64,000 bases of DNA from Bacteroidetes bacterium HGW-Bacteroidetes-2 (lineage in GTDB: Bacteria > Bacteroidota > Bacteroidia > Flavobacteriales > Flavobacteriaceae), in NCBI GenBank assembly GCA_002842575.1, contig PHDJ01000013.1, forward strand, positions 18,830 through 82,829, written 5' to 3'. The translations under genes and the position numbers were made by a program. The notes beneath the pieces are model-generated. The model saw nothing but the letters and a program-made list of their open reading frames with translations, ran no database searches and had not been told where the DNA came from. Below, in pieces: positions 30,816 to 40,725 of the stretch (position 1 is the first letter of the stretch; each line of letters opens with the position of its first letter).

Positions 30816-31670
30816 TTATTTGAAAATAAACCTACTTTTTATATTTTTCCAGCGAAGGTTTCTAATAAATTTCCCTTCCTTTTCAGAAACTAGATAGGGC
30901 AAATGCTGTTGTTTGGCTAAAAAATATCCTTTTAAATAAGCTATTAATAGGTATGGCTTTTTCTTTAGCATTGCTAGTTTTAATGAAGCAATTAGTGTAA
31001 TCCAAAATCCATATCGCATTTTAAAGAAAGCCTCTCCTTGGTGATATATTGCTTGTTTATGGTATGTTATACCAGTTGGTTTTAAATGCTTAACCTTTAA
31101 ATTTTCATTAGTACATACCTCCCAACCATTATATATGGCAAGCATTTCATCCACTGTATCCCAACCCATTGCTGTTTTAAGTTCGCCTATATCATAAAAA
31201 CAGTTTTTTCTATACGCCTTTAAGGCACCGCGTATATGGTCTTTATCTGTTAAATTTTCTAAAATCCATGTACTTTGCTTTTCAATATAACAAAAACCTC
31301 CAGCCATCCCGCAATTTGGATTTTCAGTAAAAGTTTTGGCAATTCTTTCCAAATAGTTTTCAGGAAAAATCAAATCTGCATCAAATTTACAAATGATATC
31401 AAAATCTGAATCTAACGTTTTAAAACCTTTGTAAAAAGCTTTGATGATTTTGCTGCCTGGTAAATGTGCTTCAGAGGAAGCGTTTTTTAGGAGTGTAATA
31501 TATGGATATTGAGTTGTAAATGTTGTTACTATGGCAGAAGTAGCATCTGTAGAATGATCATCTACAACTACAATTTTTTTAGGCAACAGTGTTTGCTTTA
31601 CTAGCGAATCTAAAGTTTGTTGTATAAACTTTTCTTCGTTATGTGCAGGAATTACAATATAAAATTTCAC
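30816..31670 (-). CDS. Glycosyltransferase family 2 (GTG start)
   Basis: IVIPAHNEE, VVDDHSTD and KFDADLIFP (DxD) motifs. Confidence 0.9.
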   Translation of the reverse strand: MKFYIVIPAHNEEKFIQQTLDSLVKQTLLPKKIVVVDDHSTDATSAIVTTFTTQYPYITLLKNASSEAHLPGSKIIKAFYKGFKTLDSDFDIICKFDADLIFPENYLERIAKTFTENPNCGMAGGFCYIEKQSTWILENLTDKDHIRGALKAYRKNCFYDIGELKTAMGWDTVDEMLAIYNGWEVCTNENLKVKHLKPTGITYHKQAIYHQGEAFFKMRYGFWITLIASLKLAMLKKKPYLLIAYLKGYFLAKQQHLPYLVSEKEGKFIRNLRWKNIKSRFIFK

Positions 31671-31676
31671 AACAAA

Positions 31677-32201
31677 TTAGGTTTTTCGCTCTGCGTAAAC
31701 TAAATAATATCTGTTTGTAAATAAGCGAAGTAGAGGTCTTATGCCTATTTTTTTTACAGGATTAGTAAATTTTTCTCTTTGTAATATTTCCCAACCAGTT
31801 TTTTCCAAAAGCCAGTCTAATTGCCAATCTTCAAATTCGTGGTAATGCCTGTCCCATTTGTCTGTTTTGCTTTTATAAGCAGTTGAAAACCAAAGATGTA
31901 AAGGTACAGATACAACTAATTTATTTGCTTGAATGGCTTTTAAAACATGGTAAGGTGCAATTAAATGTTCAAAAATTTCAAAAGCGGTAACCACCTCAGA
32001 ATTGCTTTTCTGTACCAAGTTTGTGTCTTCATCTAAATCTTCACCTTGGGTGTTGCTAACGTGGTATCCTTCTTTTTTTAAAATTTCAGAAAAGGGGTTT
32101 GCTACTCCTAAATCTAAAATAGTGCAATGGTTAGGGATCGTTTTTTTTAAGAAATCTAGGGTTATTTTATACCGTTTGTTTGGGAAGTTGCCTTCGTACA
32201 T
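31677..32201 (-). CDS. Small class I SAM-dependent methyltransferase-like protein
   Basis: ILDLGV motif I-like, VTAFEIFEHL, VVSVP and HYHEF patterns. Confidence 0.7.
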   Translation of the reverse strand: MYEGNFPNKRYKITLDFLKKTIPNHCTILDLGVANPFSEILKKEGYHVSNTQGEDLDEDTNLVQKSNSEVVTAFEIFEHLIAPYHVLKAIQANKLVVSVPLHLWFSTAYKSKTDKWDRHYHEFEDWQLDWLLEKTGWEILQREKFTNPVKKIGIRPLLRLFTNRYYLVYAERKT

Positions 32202-32204
32202 TTT

Positions 32205-33269
32205 TTAAAATTTATACGTCATTGCATTAATATTCATTCCTGCACCAACACTTGCAAATAGTACCACATCCCCTTTTTTAACTTGATGTCCTTCTATCTT
32301 GCCTTGCAATACCATATCTAGCAAAGTGGGAATGGTTGCCACACTGCTATTGCCTAATTTTCCAATACTCATAGGCATATTATTTGTGGGTAATTCTAAA
32401 TTATAAAGTTTATAAAACCGTTGGCAAATGGCTTCATCCATTTTTTCATTGGCTTGGTGAATGAATATTTTTTTTAAATCCTTAATGTTAACACCACTAT
32501 TGTCCAAGCAATTTTTCATAGCTAGTGGTACATTGGAAAGTGCAAAATTGTACACTTTTCTGCCATACATTTTAATGTAATGGGTATTGTCTTTTTCTTG
32601 GGTATTATTGCTTTTACCAAAGTAAATAAATTCAGCTTCTTCCAAAGTATGAGTGCAAGATACATGGCTCAAAATTCCACCTTCTTCTTCACTAGCTTCT
32701 AAAATAATAGCTCCTGCGCCATCGCTATAAATCATAGAGTCTCTATCATATTTATCTACAACTCTAGAAAGTGCTTCAGCGCCTATAATCAAACATTTTT
32801 TTGCGATACCCGATTTTATAAATGCATTAGCGTGGATTGTACTTTCTAACCAGCCAGGGCAGCCAAAAAGCATATCGTATGCTACACAGTTTGGGTTCTC
32901 AATTTTAAGTAAATTTTTTACTCTTGATGCTATGCTGGGTACAGTATCACTTTGAACCGAACCGTGCTTTATGTCTCCATAATTATGTGCCACAATGATA
33001 TAATTTAACTCCTCAGGGTTTATTTTAGCTGCTGCAATAGCTCTTTCAGCTGCTATAAACGCTATATCTGAGGTAACTAATTCAGGGCCTATATATCTTC
33101 TTTCATTAATTCCAGTTATGGCTTTAAATTTTTCAATAATTACAGTATTAGAATCTTTAAATCCAGTTCCGTCTTCATTTAAAAATTGATTATTTCCAAA
33201 ATTTTCATTTTTAGCAACTTCATTAGGGATGTAACTGCCTACGCCTGTTATTTTTACCGAAGTACTCAT
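32205..33269 (-). CDS. 3-oxoacyl-ACP synthase III (FabH-like ketosynthase)
   Basis: Catalytic triad FGCPG (Cys), HQAN (His), GNSS (Asn); also DGAGA and SVGAG. Confidence 0.9.
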   Translation of the reverse strand: MSTSVKITGVGSYIPNEVAKNENFGNNQFLNEDGTGFKDSNTVIIEKFKAITGINERRYIGPELVTSDIAFIAAERAIAAAKINPEELNYIIVAHNYGDIKHGSVQSDTVPSIASRVKNLLKIENPNCVAYDMLFGCPGWLESTIHANAFIKSGIAKKCLIIGAEALSRVVDKYDRDSMIYSDGAGAIILEASEEEGGILSHVSCTHTLEEAEFIYFGKSNNTQEKDNTHYIKMYGRKVYNFALSNVPLAMKNCLDNSGVNIKDLKKIFIHQANEKMDEAICQRFYKLYNLELPTNNMPMSIGKLGNSSVATIPTLLDMVLQGKIEGHQVKKGDVVLFASVGAGMNINAMTYKF

Positions 33270-33422
33270 GCTTTATTTTTGTTTTTTGCAAATTTACTAA
33301 ATATTAATAGGAATGTGAAATTTTTACTGTTTTAATAGATTTCTTATTGAATCCTTATAAATTCATTTAAAAAAGAACAAGAGCTTTTAAAATGTAAAAA
33401 CCCTATTAATCATTTTTGGGTT

Positions 33423-36272
33423 TTATGCTTCTATATACTCCTCCATTGGGGCGCAAGTGCATATTAAATGTCTGTCGCCATAAGCGTCGTCAATTCTTCT
33501 TGTGCTTGGCCAAAATTTATTTTCAGATATATATGCTAAAGGAAATGCTGCTTGTTGTCTTGTGTATGCAAAATTCCAGATGTCTGAGGTTAACATAGCC
33601 AAGGTATGTGGTGCATTTTTCAAAATAGAATCATGATTATCTGCTGAAGTTTCATCAATCTCTTTTCGAATAGAAATCATAGCTTCACAAAATTTGTCTA
33701 GTTCTGCTTTGCTTTCACTTTCTGTGGGTTCAATCATCATTGTTCCTGCTACCGGAAAAGAAACTGTTGGTGCATGAAACCCGTAATCCATTAGACGTTT
33801 TGCGATATCGCCTACTTCAACTCCATGTGCTTTAAATGGACGGCAGTCAATAATCATTTCGTGTGCAGCTCTTCCTTTCTCGCCAGAATATAAGGTTTCA
33901 TAACTTCCTTTTAATCGTTCTTTAATATAGTTAGCATTTAAAATGGCATATTCAGTAGATTTTTTTAGTCCTTTTACGCCTAACATTTTTATGTAACCGT
34001 AGGATATTAAGCATACTAAAGAAGATCCCCAAGGAGCTGCAGATACTGCCGTAATGGCTTTTTCGCCTCCAGTTTTTACAACAGGATTTCCAGGTAAAAA
34101 GGGGGCAAGTTGTTTTGCAACACAAATAGGTCCTACTCCAGGTCCACCACCACCGTGAGGAATGGCAAATGTTTTGTGTAAATTTAAGTGGCAAACATCA
34201 ACACCAATAGCTCCAGGATTGGTCAATCCAACTTGTGCGTTCATATTAGCCCCGTCCATATACACTTGGCCACCGTTTTCATGGATAATATTTGTTATTT
34301 CTCTAATAGCAGATTCATAAACGCCATGAGTGGAAGGATATGTTACCATTAATGCCGCTAAATTGTCTTTGTATTTAATTGCTTTTTCGTGTAAATCATC
34401 AACATCGATATTTCCAAATTCGTTGGCTTTTGTAACTACAACGTGCATTCCAGCCATTATAGCAGAAGCGGGATTAGTGCCATGTGCAGAAGATGGGATC
34501 AAACAAATGTTTCTGTGGCTTTCTCCTTTTGATTTGTGGTATGCTCTAATAACCATCAACCCTGTAAACTCTCCTTGAGCTCCGGAGTTTGGTTGTAAGG
34601 AAGTTGCATAAAAACCAGTTATTTCGGTTAGTTGTTCTTCTAAATTTTTTAACACCGTTTGGTATCCTTCTGCTTGTTCTATTGGCACAAACGGATGTAT
34701 GTTACCCCACTGTGGGTTACTTAAAGGCAGCATTTCTGCGGCAGCATTCAGTTTCATGGTGCAGGATCCTAAAGCAATCATTGAGTGGTTAAGGGATAAA
34801 TCTTTTCGTTCTAATTTTTTAATATAACGCATCATATCTGTTTCAGAATGATAGGTGTTAAAAACCTCGTGCGTTAAGAAATCAGTTTTGCGAATTACCG
34901 ATAATGGAATTTTTGTTCCTTCTATAAGTGCATCTACAACTATGGTGTTTTTTAAAGTTGCTTCCGCAAAAATTCTAATAATGGTGTTTATGTCTTCAAT
35001 GCTTGTAGTTTCATTGAAGGAAATAGAGATGGTTTCAGCGTTTGGATAATAGAAATTAACCTCATTAGCTTCTGCAATTGGTTTAATAATTTTTGCGTTT
35101 GCTTTAATTTGGATAGTATCAAAATAAGTGTTATTTAGTTGAAGAAAACCTAATTTTTCTAAGGCATTTGCAGTGGTAGAAGCAGAGTTATGTATTTTAT
35201 TTGCAATATATTTCAAGCCTTTAGGTCCGTGATATACAGCATACATTCCTGCCATTACAGCTAAAAGTACCTGTGCGGTACAAATATTTGAAGTTGCTTT
35301 GTCTCGTTTAATGTGTTGCTCTCTAGTTTGAAGTGCCATACGCAACGCTCTGTTTCCGTCAGCATCTTTGGACACGCCAATGATTCTGCCTGGCATACTG
35401 CGTTTGTATTCGTTTTTGGCGGCAAAAAATGCGGCGTGTGGTCCACCATAGCCTAATGGAATTCCAAAACGTTGTGTGCTGCCTACAACGACATCAACTC
35501 CCATTTCGCCTGGGGCTTTTAATTTTATTAAACTTAAAATATCGGCAGCTACAGCTATTTTAATATTGTTTTCTTTGGCTTTTGTTATAAAATTTGCATA
35601 ATCATAAACTTGTCCTGATTTTCCCGGATATTGCAATAGGGCTCCAAAATAATCTTTTGAAAAAGTAAACTCTTCATGATTACCTACCACTAACTCAATT
35701 GCTATAGGAAATGCTCTGGTTTCTAGTAATGAAATAGTTTGCGGTAATACTTCGTTAGAAATAAAAAATTTAACTACTTCATTTTTTTGTTGCTCTTTAT
35801 CTCTAACTGAAAATAACATAATCATGGCTTCTGCAGCAGCTGTAGCTTCATCTAATAATGAGGCATTAGCCACTTCCATTTTGGTTAAATCGGTTATTAC
35901 GGTTTGAAAGTTTAAAAGAGCTTCAAGTCGTCCTTGAGCTATTTCTGCTTGATATGGTGTATAAGCGGTGTACCAACCTGGGTTTTCAAAAATATTTCTT
36001 TGGATAACTGGTGGTAAAATGGATTGGTGATATCCCAATCCAATATAGGTTTTAAATACTTTGTTTTTAGAGGCTAAAGTTGAAATGTGTGATAAATATT
36101 CTTGCTCCGTCATTGCCGTCGCTAGGTTTAATTCTTTTTTTAGCCGGATGTCGTCGGGAATGGTTTCAAAAATTAGCTGCTCTAAAGAGCTAGCTCCAAC
36201 AGTTTTTAACATGTCTTGAAGGTCAGTTTCACTGGGACCTATATGACGTAATGCAAAAGAATCAGTGTTCAT
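33423..36272 (-). CDS. gcvP: Glycine dehydrogenase (decarboxylating), glycine cleavage P protein
   Basis: 949 aa with YTAYTPYQAEIAQGRLE, LGSCTMKLN, TYPSTHG and HLNLHKTF (PLP Lys). Confidence 0.97.
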   Translation of the reverse strand: MNTDSFALRHIGPSETDLQDMLKTVGASSLEQLIFETIPDDIRLKKELNLATAMTEQEYLSHISTLASKNKVFKTYIGLGYHQSILPPVIQRNIFENPGWYTAYTPYQAEIAQGRLEALLNFQTVITDLTKMEVANASLLDEATAAAEAMIMLFSVRDKEQQKNEVVKFFISNEVLPQTISLLETRAFPIAIELVVGNHEEFTFSKDYFGALLQYPGKSGQVYDYANFITKAKENNIKIAVAADILSLIKLKAPGEMGVDVVVGSTQRFGIPLGYGGPHAAFFAAKNEYKRSMPGRIIGVSKDADGNRALRMALQTREQHIKRDKATSNICTAQVLLAVMAGMYAVYHGPKGLKYIANKIHNSASTTANALEKLGFLQLNNTYFDTIQIKANAKIIKPIAEANEVNFYYPNAETISISFNETTSIEDINTIIRIFAEATLKNTIVVDALIEGTKIPLSVIRKTDFLTHEVFNTYHSETDMMRYIKKLERKDLSLNHSMIALGSCTMKLNAAAEMLPLSNPQWGNIHPFVPIEQAEGYQTVLKNLEEQLTEITGFYATSLQPNSGAQGEFTGLMVIRAYHKSKGESHRNICLIPSSAHGTNPASAIMAGMHVVVTKANEFGNIDVDDLHEKAIKYKDNLAALMVTYPSTHGVYESAIREITNIIHENGGQVYMDGANMNAQVGLTNPGAIGVDVCHLNLHKTFAIPHGGGGPGVGPICVAKQLAPFLPGNPVVKTGGEKAITAVSAAPWGSSLVCLISYGYIKMLGVKGLKKSTEYAILNANYIKERLKGSYETLYSGEKGRAAHEMIIDCRPFKAHGVEVGDIAKRLMDYGFHAPTVSFPVAGTMMIEPTESESKAELDKFCEAMISIRKEIDETSADNHDSILKNAPHTLAMLTSDIWNFAYTRQQAAFPLAYISENKFWPSTRRIDDAYGDRHLICTCAPMEEYIEA

Positions 36273-36294
36273 AGATAGGATATATTTAAGGACG

Positions 36295-36302
36295 CAAAAT
36301 TA
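36295..36302 (-). promoter_or_regulatory. -7 promoter element (TAATTTTG) of gcvP
   Basis: CAAAATTA on the + strand, 22 nt upstream of the gcvP start. Confidence 0.6.
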
Positions 36303-36383
36303 CATATTAAAAGTGTATTTTGTTGTTTTTTAATAACAGAAAATGTTAACTTTTCAACTAAAATAAAGTGTTATGAACAGGTT

Positions 36384-37223
36384 GTGTATTTTTGTTGGGT
36401 GAACTTAGGACATCGTATATTTAATTTTTATATAAACAGTAGTATTCACGTTAGTTTAGCGGTGGTTTCATTGTTGGCTATTACAGGTTTTTATTTCAAA
36501 GAAACGGTTACTTTTAATTTAACAACCTTTGTTTTTTTTGGAAGTATAACAGGGTATAATTTTGTGAAATATTCTGGTATTGCAAAATTACATTGGTATG
36601 GCTTAACATCTTCATTAAAAAGTATCCAACTATTTTCTTTGGTTTCTTTTTTGTTAGCGATTTATTTTCTTTTCAAATTGCCTTTTCAAGTTATTTTTTT
36701 AGCTCTTTTCTCTGGAATACTCACCGTTTTATATGCGTTACCTATTTTTCCTAAAAGAAGAAATTTGCGTGCAATTAATGGCTTAAAAATTTATGTAATA
36801 GCTTTGGTTTGGTGTTTGATCACTGTGTTTTTACCAGTTGTGAATGCAGATTTACCGTTAGATTTTGCGGTTATTATATTGGGTATTCAGCGTTTTCTTT
36901 TTGTTTTTGTATTGATACTGCCTTTTGAAATTAGAGATTTAAAATATGACGATGATGCTCTTGGTACAATTCCAAGACGCATAGGTGTGAAAAACACAAA
37001 GTATCTTGGTTTTGTTATTTTATTTATTATTTTTTTGCTTGAAATTATTACAGAAGGTTCAGGGGTTCAAAAATTCATAAGCACTTCATTAATTGTAATT
37101 AGTACATTTTTACTATTACAATTTTCTTCAACTAATCAAAAAAAATATTATGCTAGCTTTTTTGTTGAAGCTATCCCCATTGCTTGGATTGTTTTGCTTT
37201 GGGTAATTATGCAATTATTTTGA
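36384..37223 (+). CDS. Conserved integral membrane protein, UbiA prenyltransferase-like
   Basis: About 8 TM segments; FYINSSIHV, YNFVKY, LKIYVIALVW and FEIRDLKYDDDALGTIP (Asp-rich UbiA-like motif). The true start may be the GTG at 36399. Confidence 0.6.
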   Translation: MYFCWVNLGHRIFNFYINSSIHVSLAVVSLLAITGFYFKETVTFNLTTFVFFGSITGYNFVKYSGIAKLHWYGLTSSLKSIQLFSLVSFLLAIYFLFKLPFQVIFLALFSGILTVLYALPIFPKRRNLRAINGLKIYVIALVWCLITVFLPVVNADLPLDFAVIILGIQRFLFVFVLILPFEIRDLKYDDDALGTIPRRIGVKNTKYLGFVILFIIFLLEIITEGSGVQKFISTSLIVISTFLLLQFSSTNQKKYYASFFVEAIPIAWIVLLWVIMQLF

Positions 37224-37469
37224 AATTTCTTTGTTTAGCAAGGATTTCATTTTTGACTTATTTTCATTAGGGATAGAATGTAGATGTCCTTGATGTATTA
37301 AATCTGTTAGTTTGTGATTTTTTTTTGTGTAAAATTTACAATACTTGCAAAAAAGAAGATGTAGTCTTAAGGTAAATTTCTCATACAAAGTAGCTTCTTT
37401 ATATTGTACTTTGTCACATTGTTGTTGTGCGGTGTCACAAGAAATAAAAAAGGTATTGTTTTTTTTCAT
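37215..37469 (-). CDS. Small Cys/His-rich putative zinc-finger anti-sigma factor
   Basis: 84 aa with SCDTAQQQCDK and LHLLFCKYC (HxxxCxxC ZAS-like), 8 nt downstream of the ECF sigma gene. Confidence 0.7.
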   Translation of the reverse strand: MKKNNTFFISCDTAQQQCDKVQYKEATLYEKFTLRLHLLFCKYCKFYTKKNHKLTDLIHQGHLHSIPNENKSKMKSLLNKEISK

Positions 37470-37477
37470 TAAAATAA

Positions 37478-38047
37478 TTATTTATTAAACCATTGATTAT
37501 TAAGGCATTCCATGAGCTGAACTCGAGCTCGATGAATTATTACCCAAAGGTTTGACGCTGTAATGCTGTGTTCCTTACAAATAGTATCTGTTTCTTGTTC
37601 TAATATAGTTTTTTGTTTAAAAATAACGGCCTGTTTAACAGGTAGTTTTCCTAGGCAATTTTCTATTGCTAAACCTAATTCTTCGTTTTCAAAATTATCT
37701 TCTGCGCTTCGGTAGGAATCATCTTTTACCCGTTCTTCCAACCAGTCGCCTTCCTGATCTTCTATATTAATGAAATCCATTCTTACCTCTGCTTTACCTT
37801 TGTTTGAATTTGATTTCCGGTAATGATCAATTATTTTTCGTTTTAAAATAGAAATTAACCACGTGCGCTCTGTGGCTTCTCCTTTAAAATTTTTCATGGA
37901 TTTTAATCCTGCTAAAAAAGTTTCTTGTACTAAATCTTCCGCTATAAAACTATCGTTTACACGGGTAATAGTGTAATTAAATAAATAGTCGGCATATCTA
38001 TCTACCCATTCTGAGGTATTTATTGTATGGATTTGGTTTGTTGGCAT
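37478..38047 (-). CDS. ECF-type sigma-70 factor
   Basis: AEDLVQETF and TWLISILKRKIIDHYRK (region 2); ICKEHSITASNLWVIIHRAR (region 4). Start placed at MPTNQ (38047; 38053 is an alternative). Confidence 0.9.
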   Translation of the reverse strand: MPTNQIHTINTSEWVDRYADYLFNYTITRVNDSFIAEDLVQETFLAGLKSMKNFKGEATERTWLISILKRKIIDHYRKSNSNKGKAEVRMDFINIEDQEGDWLEERVKDDSYRSAEDNFENEELGLAIENCLGKLPVKQAVIFKQKTILEQETDTICKEHSITASNLWVIIHRARVQLMECLNNQWFNK

Positions 38048-38080
38048 AGACATTATTTTTCTCAAAAATACAATAAAAAA

Positions 38081-40120
38081 TTAGAAATATAGCCCTGCTC
38101 TTTTTAATAATGCATCGGGATTGGGCTCTTTTCCGCGAAAGCTTTTGTACAACACCATGGGGTGCTCTGTGCCACCTTTCGATAATATATTTTCTTTAAA
38201 TTTAGCTGCTACTTCACTATTAAAAATACCTTTTTCTAGAAAGTAGGCAAAGGCATCGGCGTCTAGCACTTCTGCCCATTTGTATGAATAATATCCAGAA
38301 GAATATCCACCTTGAAAAATGTGTGAAAAGGAGGTGCTCATGCAGTTTTCAGGAACATTAGGGTAAAAGTTAGTGCCTTCAAAAGCTGCTTGTTCTATTT
38401 CCTTTACAGAATTATTTGTCTGTGGCAACCCTTTACCGTGCCAGGCCATATCAAGCAATCCAAAACTTAATTGCCGTAAGGTCTGCATCCCTTCCATAAA
38501 AGTGGACGATGCTTTTATTTTTTCTATGAGTTCCATCGGGATGGTTTCACCGGTTTCGTAATGCTTGGCAAAAAGCTCCAAAGCTTCTTTTTCATAACAC
38601 CAGTTTTCCATTAATTGGCTTGGGAGTTCTACAAAGTCCCAAAACACACTGGTTCCAGAAAGACTGGGATAGGTGGTGTTTGCCAGCATTCCGTGCAATG
38701 CATGACCAAATTCATGAAACAAGGTGGTCACTTCGTTAAATGTTAGGAGTGACGGTTTTGAGTTCCCCGCCTTCGCGGGGATAGGTTTTGTAAAATTACA
38801 AACTATGGAAATATGGGGTCGTTCCATTTTTCCATTTTTTACATATTGCGGTTTGTAAGAAGTCATCCAAGCACCTCCTCGTTTTCCGGGTCTTGGGTGG
38901 AAATCGGCATAAAACAGTGCAACATCTAGTCCTTTGGTATCGCTTACGCGAAAGGTTTTCACATCTTGATGATAGTTGTCAACATCAAAAACTTGAGTAA
39001 ATTTTAATTGAAATAATCGTTCGGCAATTGTAAAAGCTCCGTCAATGACGTTTTCAAGCTTAAAATAGGGTTTTAGCTTTTCGTCATCGAGATCAAAGCG
39101 TTCTTGTTTTAATTTTTCAGTGTAGTAAGCACTGTCCCATTTCTGAAGTTGGTCAATTCCGTCGGTTTTTTTAGCGAAAGCAGAAAGTTCGTCAAACTCC
39201 CTTTGGGCAGCGGGTTTTGCTTTTTCCAGTAATTCTTCAAGAAAGCTTTCTACTTTTTTTGGGCTTTGCGCCATGCGTTCTTCCAAAACAAAATGGGCGT
39301 GGGTTTCATACCCTAGCAATTGCGCTCTTTGGTGACGTAGTTTTACAATTTCTAATACATTTTTTTGATTGTCTAGTTCATCATTTTGAAAGCCCTTTGC
39401 GCCAGCTGCAATGGCCAGTTTTTTTCGCAACTCCCGGTTATCTGCATAGGTCATAAACGGAATGTAACTGGGGTATTGCAAAGTGATAATCCAACCCTTT
39501 TTGCCCATTTCCTCAGCGGTTTGTGCTGCGGCTTCTTTAGCGTGCTCTGGCAAGCCGCTTAGCTCTTTTTCATCTGTAATGTGAAGGGTGTATTTGTTGG
39601 TTTCAGCCAGCATATTTTCACCAAAGGTGAGTTTGAGTTTGGCGAGTTGTTTGTCGATATCTCGCAGTTGCTGCTTTTTACCTTCGGGCAGGTTGGCACC
39701 GTTGCGTGCAAAACTTTTGTATTTTTTATCCAGAAGGGTTTTTTGCTCAGGGGTGAGTTCAAGCGCGTTTTTGTTTTCATAAACCGTTTTAACCCGTTTG
39801 AACAAAGCTTCGTTTAAGGTAATGTCATTACTGAATTCAGAAAGCAAAGGCGACACTTCCTGAGCAATCGCCTGTATCTCATCATTAGTCTCAGCCGAAT
39901 TCAAATTGAAAAAAATACTCGAAATGCGATCCAGTTGCTGCCCGGTAAACTCCAGCGCTTCGATGGTGTTTTGAAAAGTGGGCGTCTCTGTATTTTCAGT
40001 GATAGTATCAATCTCGGCTTTGGCATTGGAAATGGCTTGCTCAAAAGCGGGTTTGAAATGGGCGTTTTTTATTTTGGAAAATGGGGCGGAGTCGAAGGGT
40101 TGGAATAGAGGGTTTTGCAT
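38081..40120 (-). CDS. M3 family metallopeptidase (peptidyl-dipeptidase Dcp / oligopeptidase A-like)
   Basis: FHEFGHALH (HExxH), DFVELPSQLMENW, FSHIFQGGYSSGYYSYKWAE. Confidence 0.93.
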   Translation of the reverse strand: MQNPLFQPFDSAPFSKIKNAHFKPAFEQAISNAKAEIDTITENTETPTFQNTIEALEFTGQQLDRISSIFFNLNSAETNDEIQAIAQEVSPLLSEFSNDITLNEALFKRVKTVYENKNALELTPEQKTLLDKKYKSFARNGANLPEGKKQQLRDIDKQLAKLKLTFGENMLAETNKYTLHITDEKELSGLPEHAKEAAAQTAEEMGKKGWIITLQYPSYIPFMTYADNRELRKKLAIAAGAKGFQNDELDNQKNVLEIVKLRHQRAQLLGYETHAHFVLEERMAQSPKKVESFLEELLEKAKPAAQREFDELSAFAKKTDGIDQLQKWDSAYYTEKLKQERFDLDDEKLKPYFKLENVIDGAFTIAERLFQLKFTQVFDVDNYHQDVKTFRVSDTKGLDVALFYADFHPRPGKRGGAWMTSYKPQYVKNGKMERPHISIVCNFTKPIPAKAGNSKPSLLTFNEVTTLFHEFGHALHGMLANTTYPSLSGTSVFWDFVELPSQLMENWCYEKEALELFAKHYETGETIPMELIEKIKASSTFMEGMQTLRQLSFGLLDMAWHGKGLPQTNNSVKEIEQAAFEGTNFYPNVPENCMSTSFSHIFQGGYSSGYYSYKWAEVLDADAFAYFLEKGIFNSEVAAKFKENILSKGGTEHPMVLYKSFRGKEPNPDALLKRAGLYF

Positions 40121-40139
40121 GATGTATTTTTTTGTGGAA

Positions 40140-40147
40140 CAAATTTA
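40140..40147 (-). promoter_or_regulatory. -7 promoter element (TAAATTTG) of the M3 peptidase
   Basis: CAAATTTA on the + strand, 19 nt upstream of the start. Confidence 0.6.
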
Positions 40148-40190
40148 CAAAACCCCGTGTGAAATACTTTCATGTTTAGTAATAATTAAC

Positions 40191-40240
40191 CATCCAGCCC
40201 CGAAGGCATTAGGGAAGAACCCTGAGCGGATTCAGGATGC
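40191..40240. repeat. GC-rich multi-hairpin palindromic element between purE and the M3 peptidase
   Basis: CATCC/GGATG closing stem enclosing GCC-CCGAA-GGC and AGGG-AAGAA-CCCT hairpins, with an alternative CCTGA/TCAGG hairpin, in an AT-rich spacer. Confidence 0.5.
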
Positions 40241-40725
40241 TATTCCTTCATCTTCTTCCCCTTCTCCAAAACCGCCATCTTTAAGCCCTCTTTGTAAGCC
40301 ACAATTTTATCTAAAACACATTTGTCAGCGCTGCCAATTATTTGTGCAGCAAGGATACCGGCATTTTTTGCACCATTGAGCGCTACGGTTGCTACGGGCA
40401 CGCCACTCGGCATTTGTAAAATAGAAAGTATGGAATCCCAGCCGTCAATAGAGTTACTGGATTTTACTGGAACACCAATTACCGGCAACGGACTCATAGC
40501 AGCCACCATTCCCGGAAGATGTGCGGCACCGCCGGCACCGGCAATAATTACTGTGATGCCTCGCTTGTGAGCGTTGGTGCTGAAATCAACGAGTTTTTCT
40601 GGTGTGCGGTGGGCAGAGACGATATCAACTTCCACTTCGATGTCAAATCCTTTTAATATGTCAACGGCTTCCTGCATTACGGGCAGGTCGCTGTCGCTTC
40701 CCATGACGATGGCTACTTTACTCAT
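40240..40725 (-). CDS. purE: N5-CAIR mutase
   Basis: MGSDSD, VSAHRTP, AGAGGAAHLPGMVA, PVIGVP and QMPSGVPVATV motifs. Confidence 0.97.
   Translation of the reverse strand: MSKVAIVMGSDSDLPVMQEAVDILKGFDIEVEVDIVSAHRTPEKLVDFSTNAHKRGITVIIAGAGGAAHLPGMVAAMSPLPVIGVPVKSSNSIDGWDSILSILQMPSGVPVATVALNGAKNAGILAAQIIGSADKCVLDKIVAYKEGLKMAVLEKGKKMKE

Noticed and set aside
36273-36383. Glycine riboswitch upstream of gcvP
   Set aside because: The -7 element lies only 22 nt from the start, leaving no room, and no GGAGA/GAAGG aptamer core is present.
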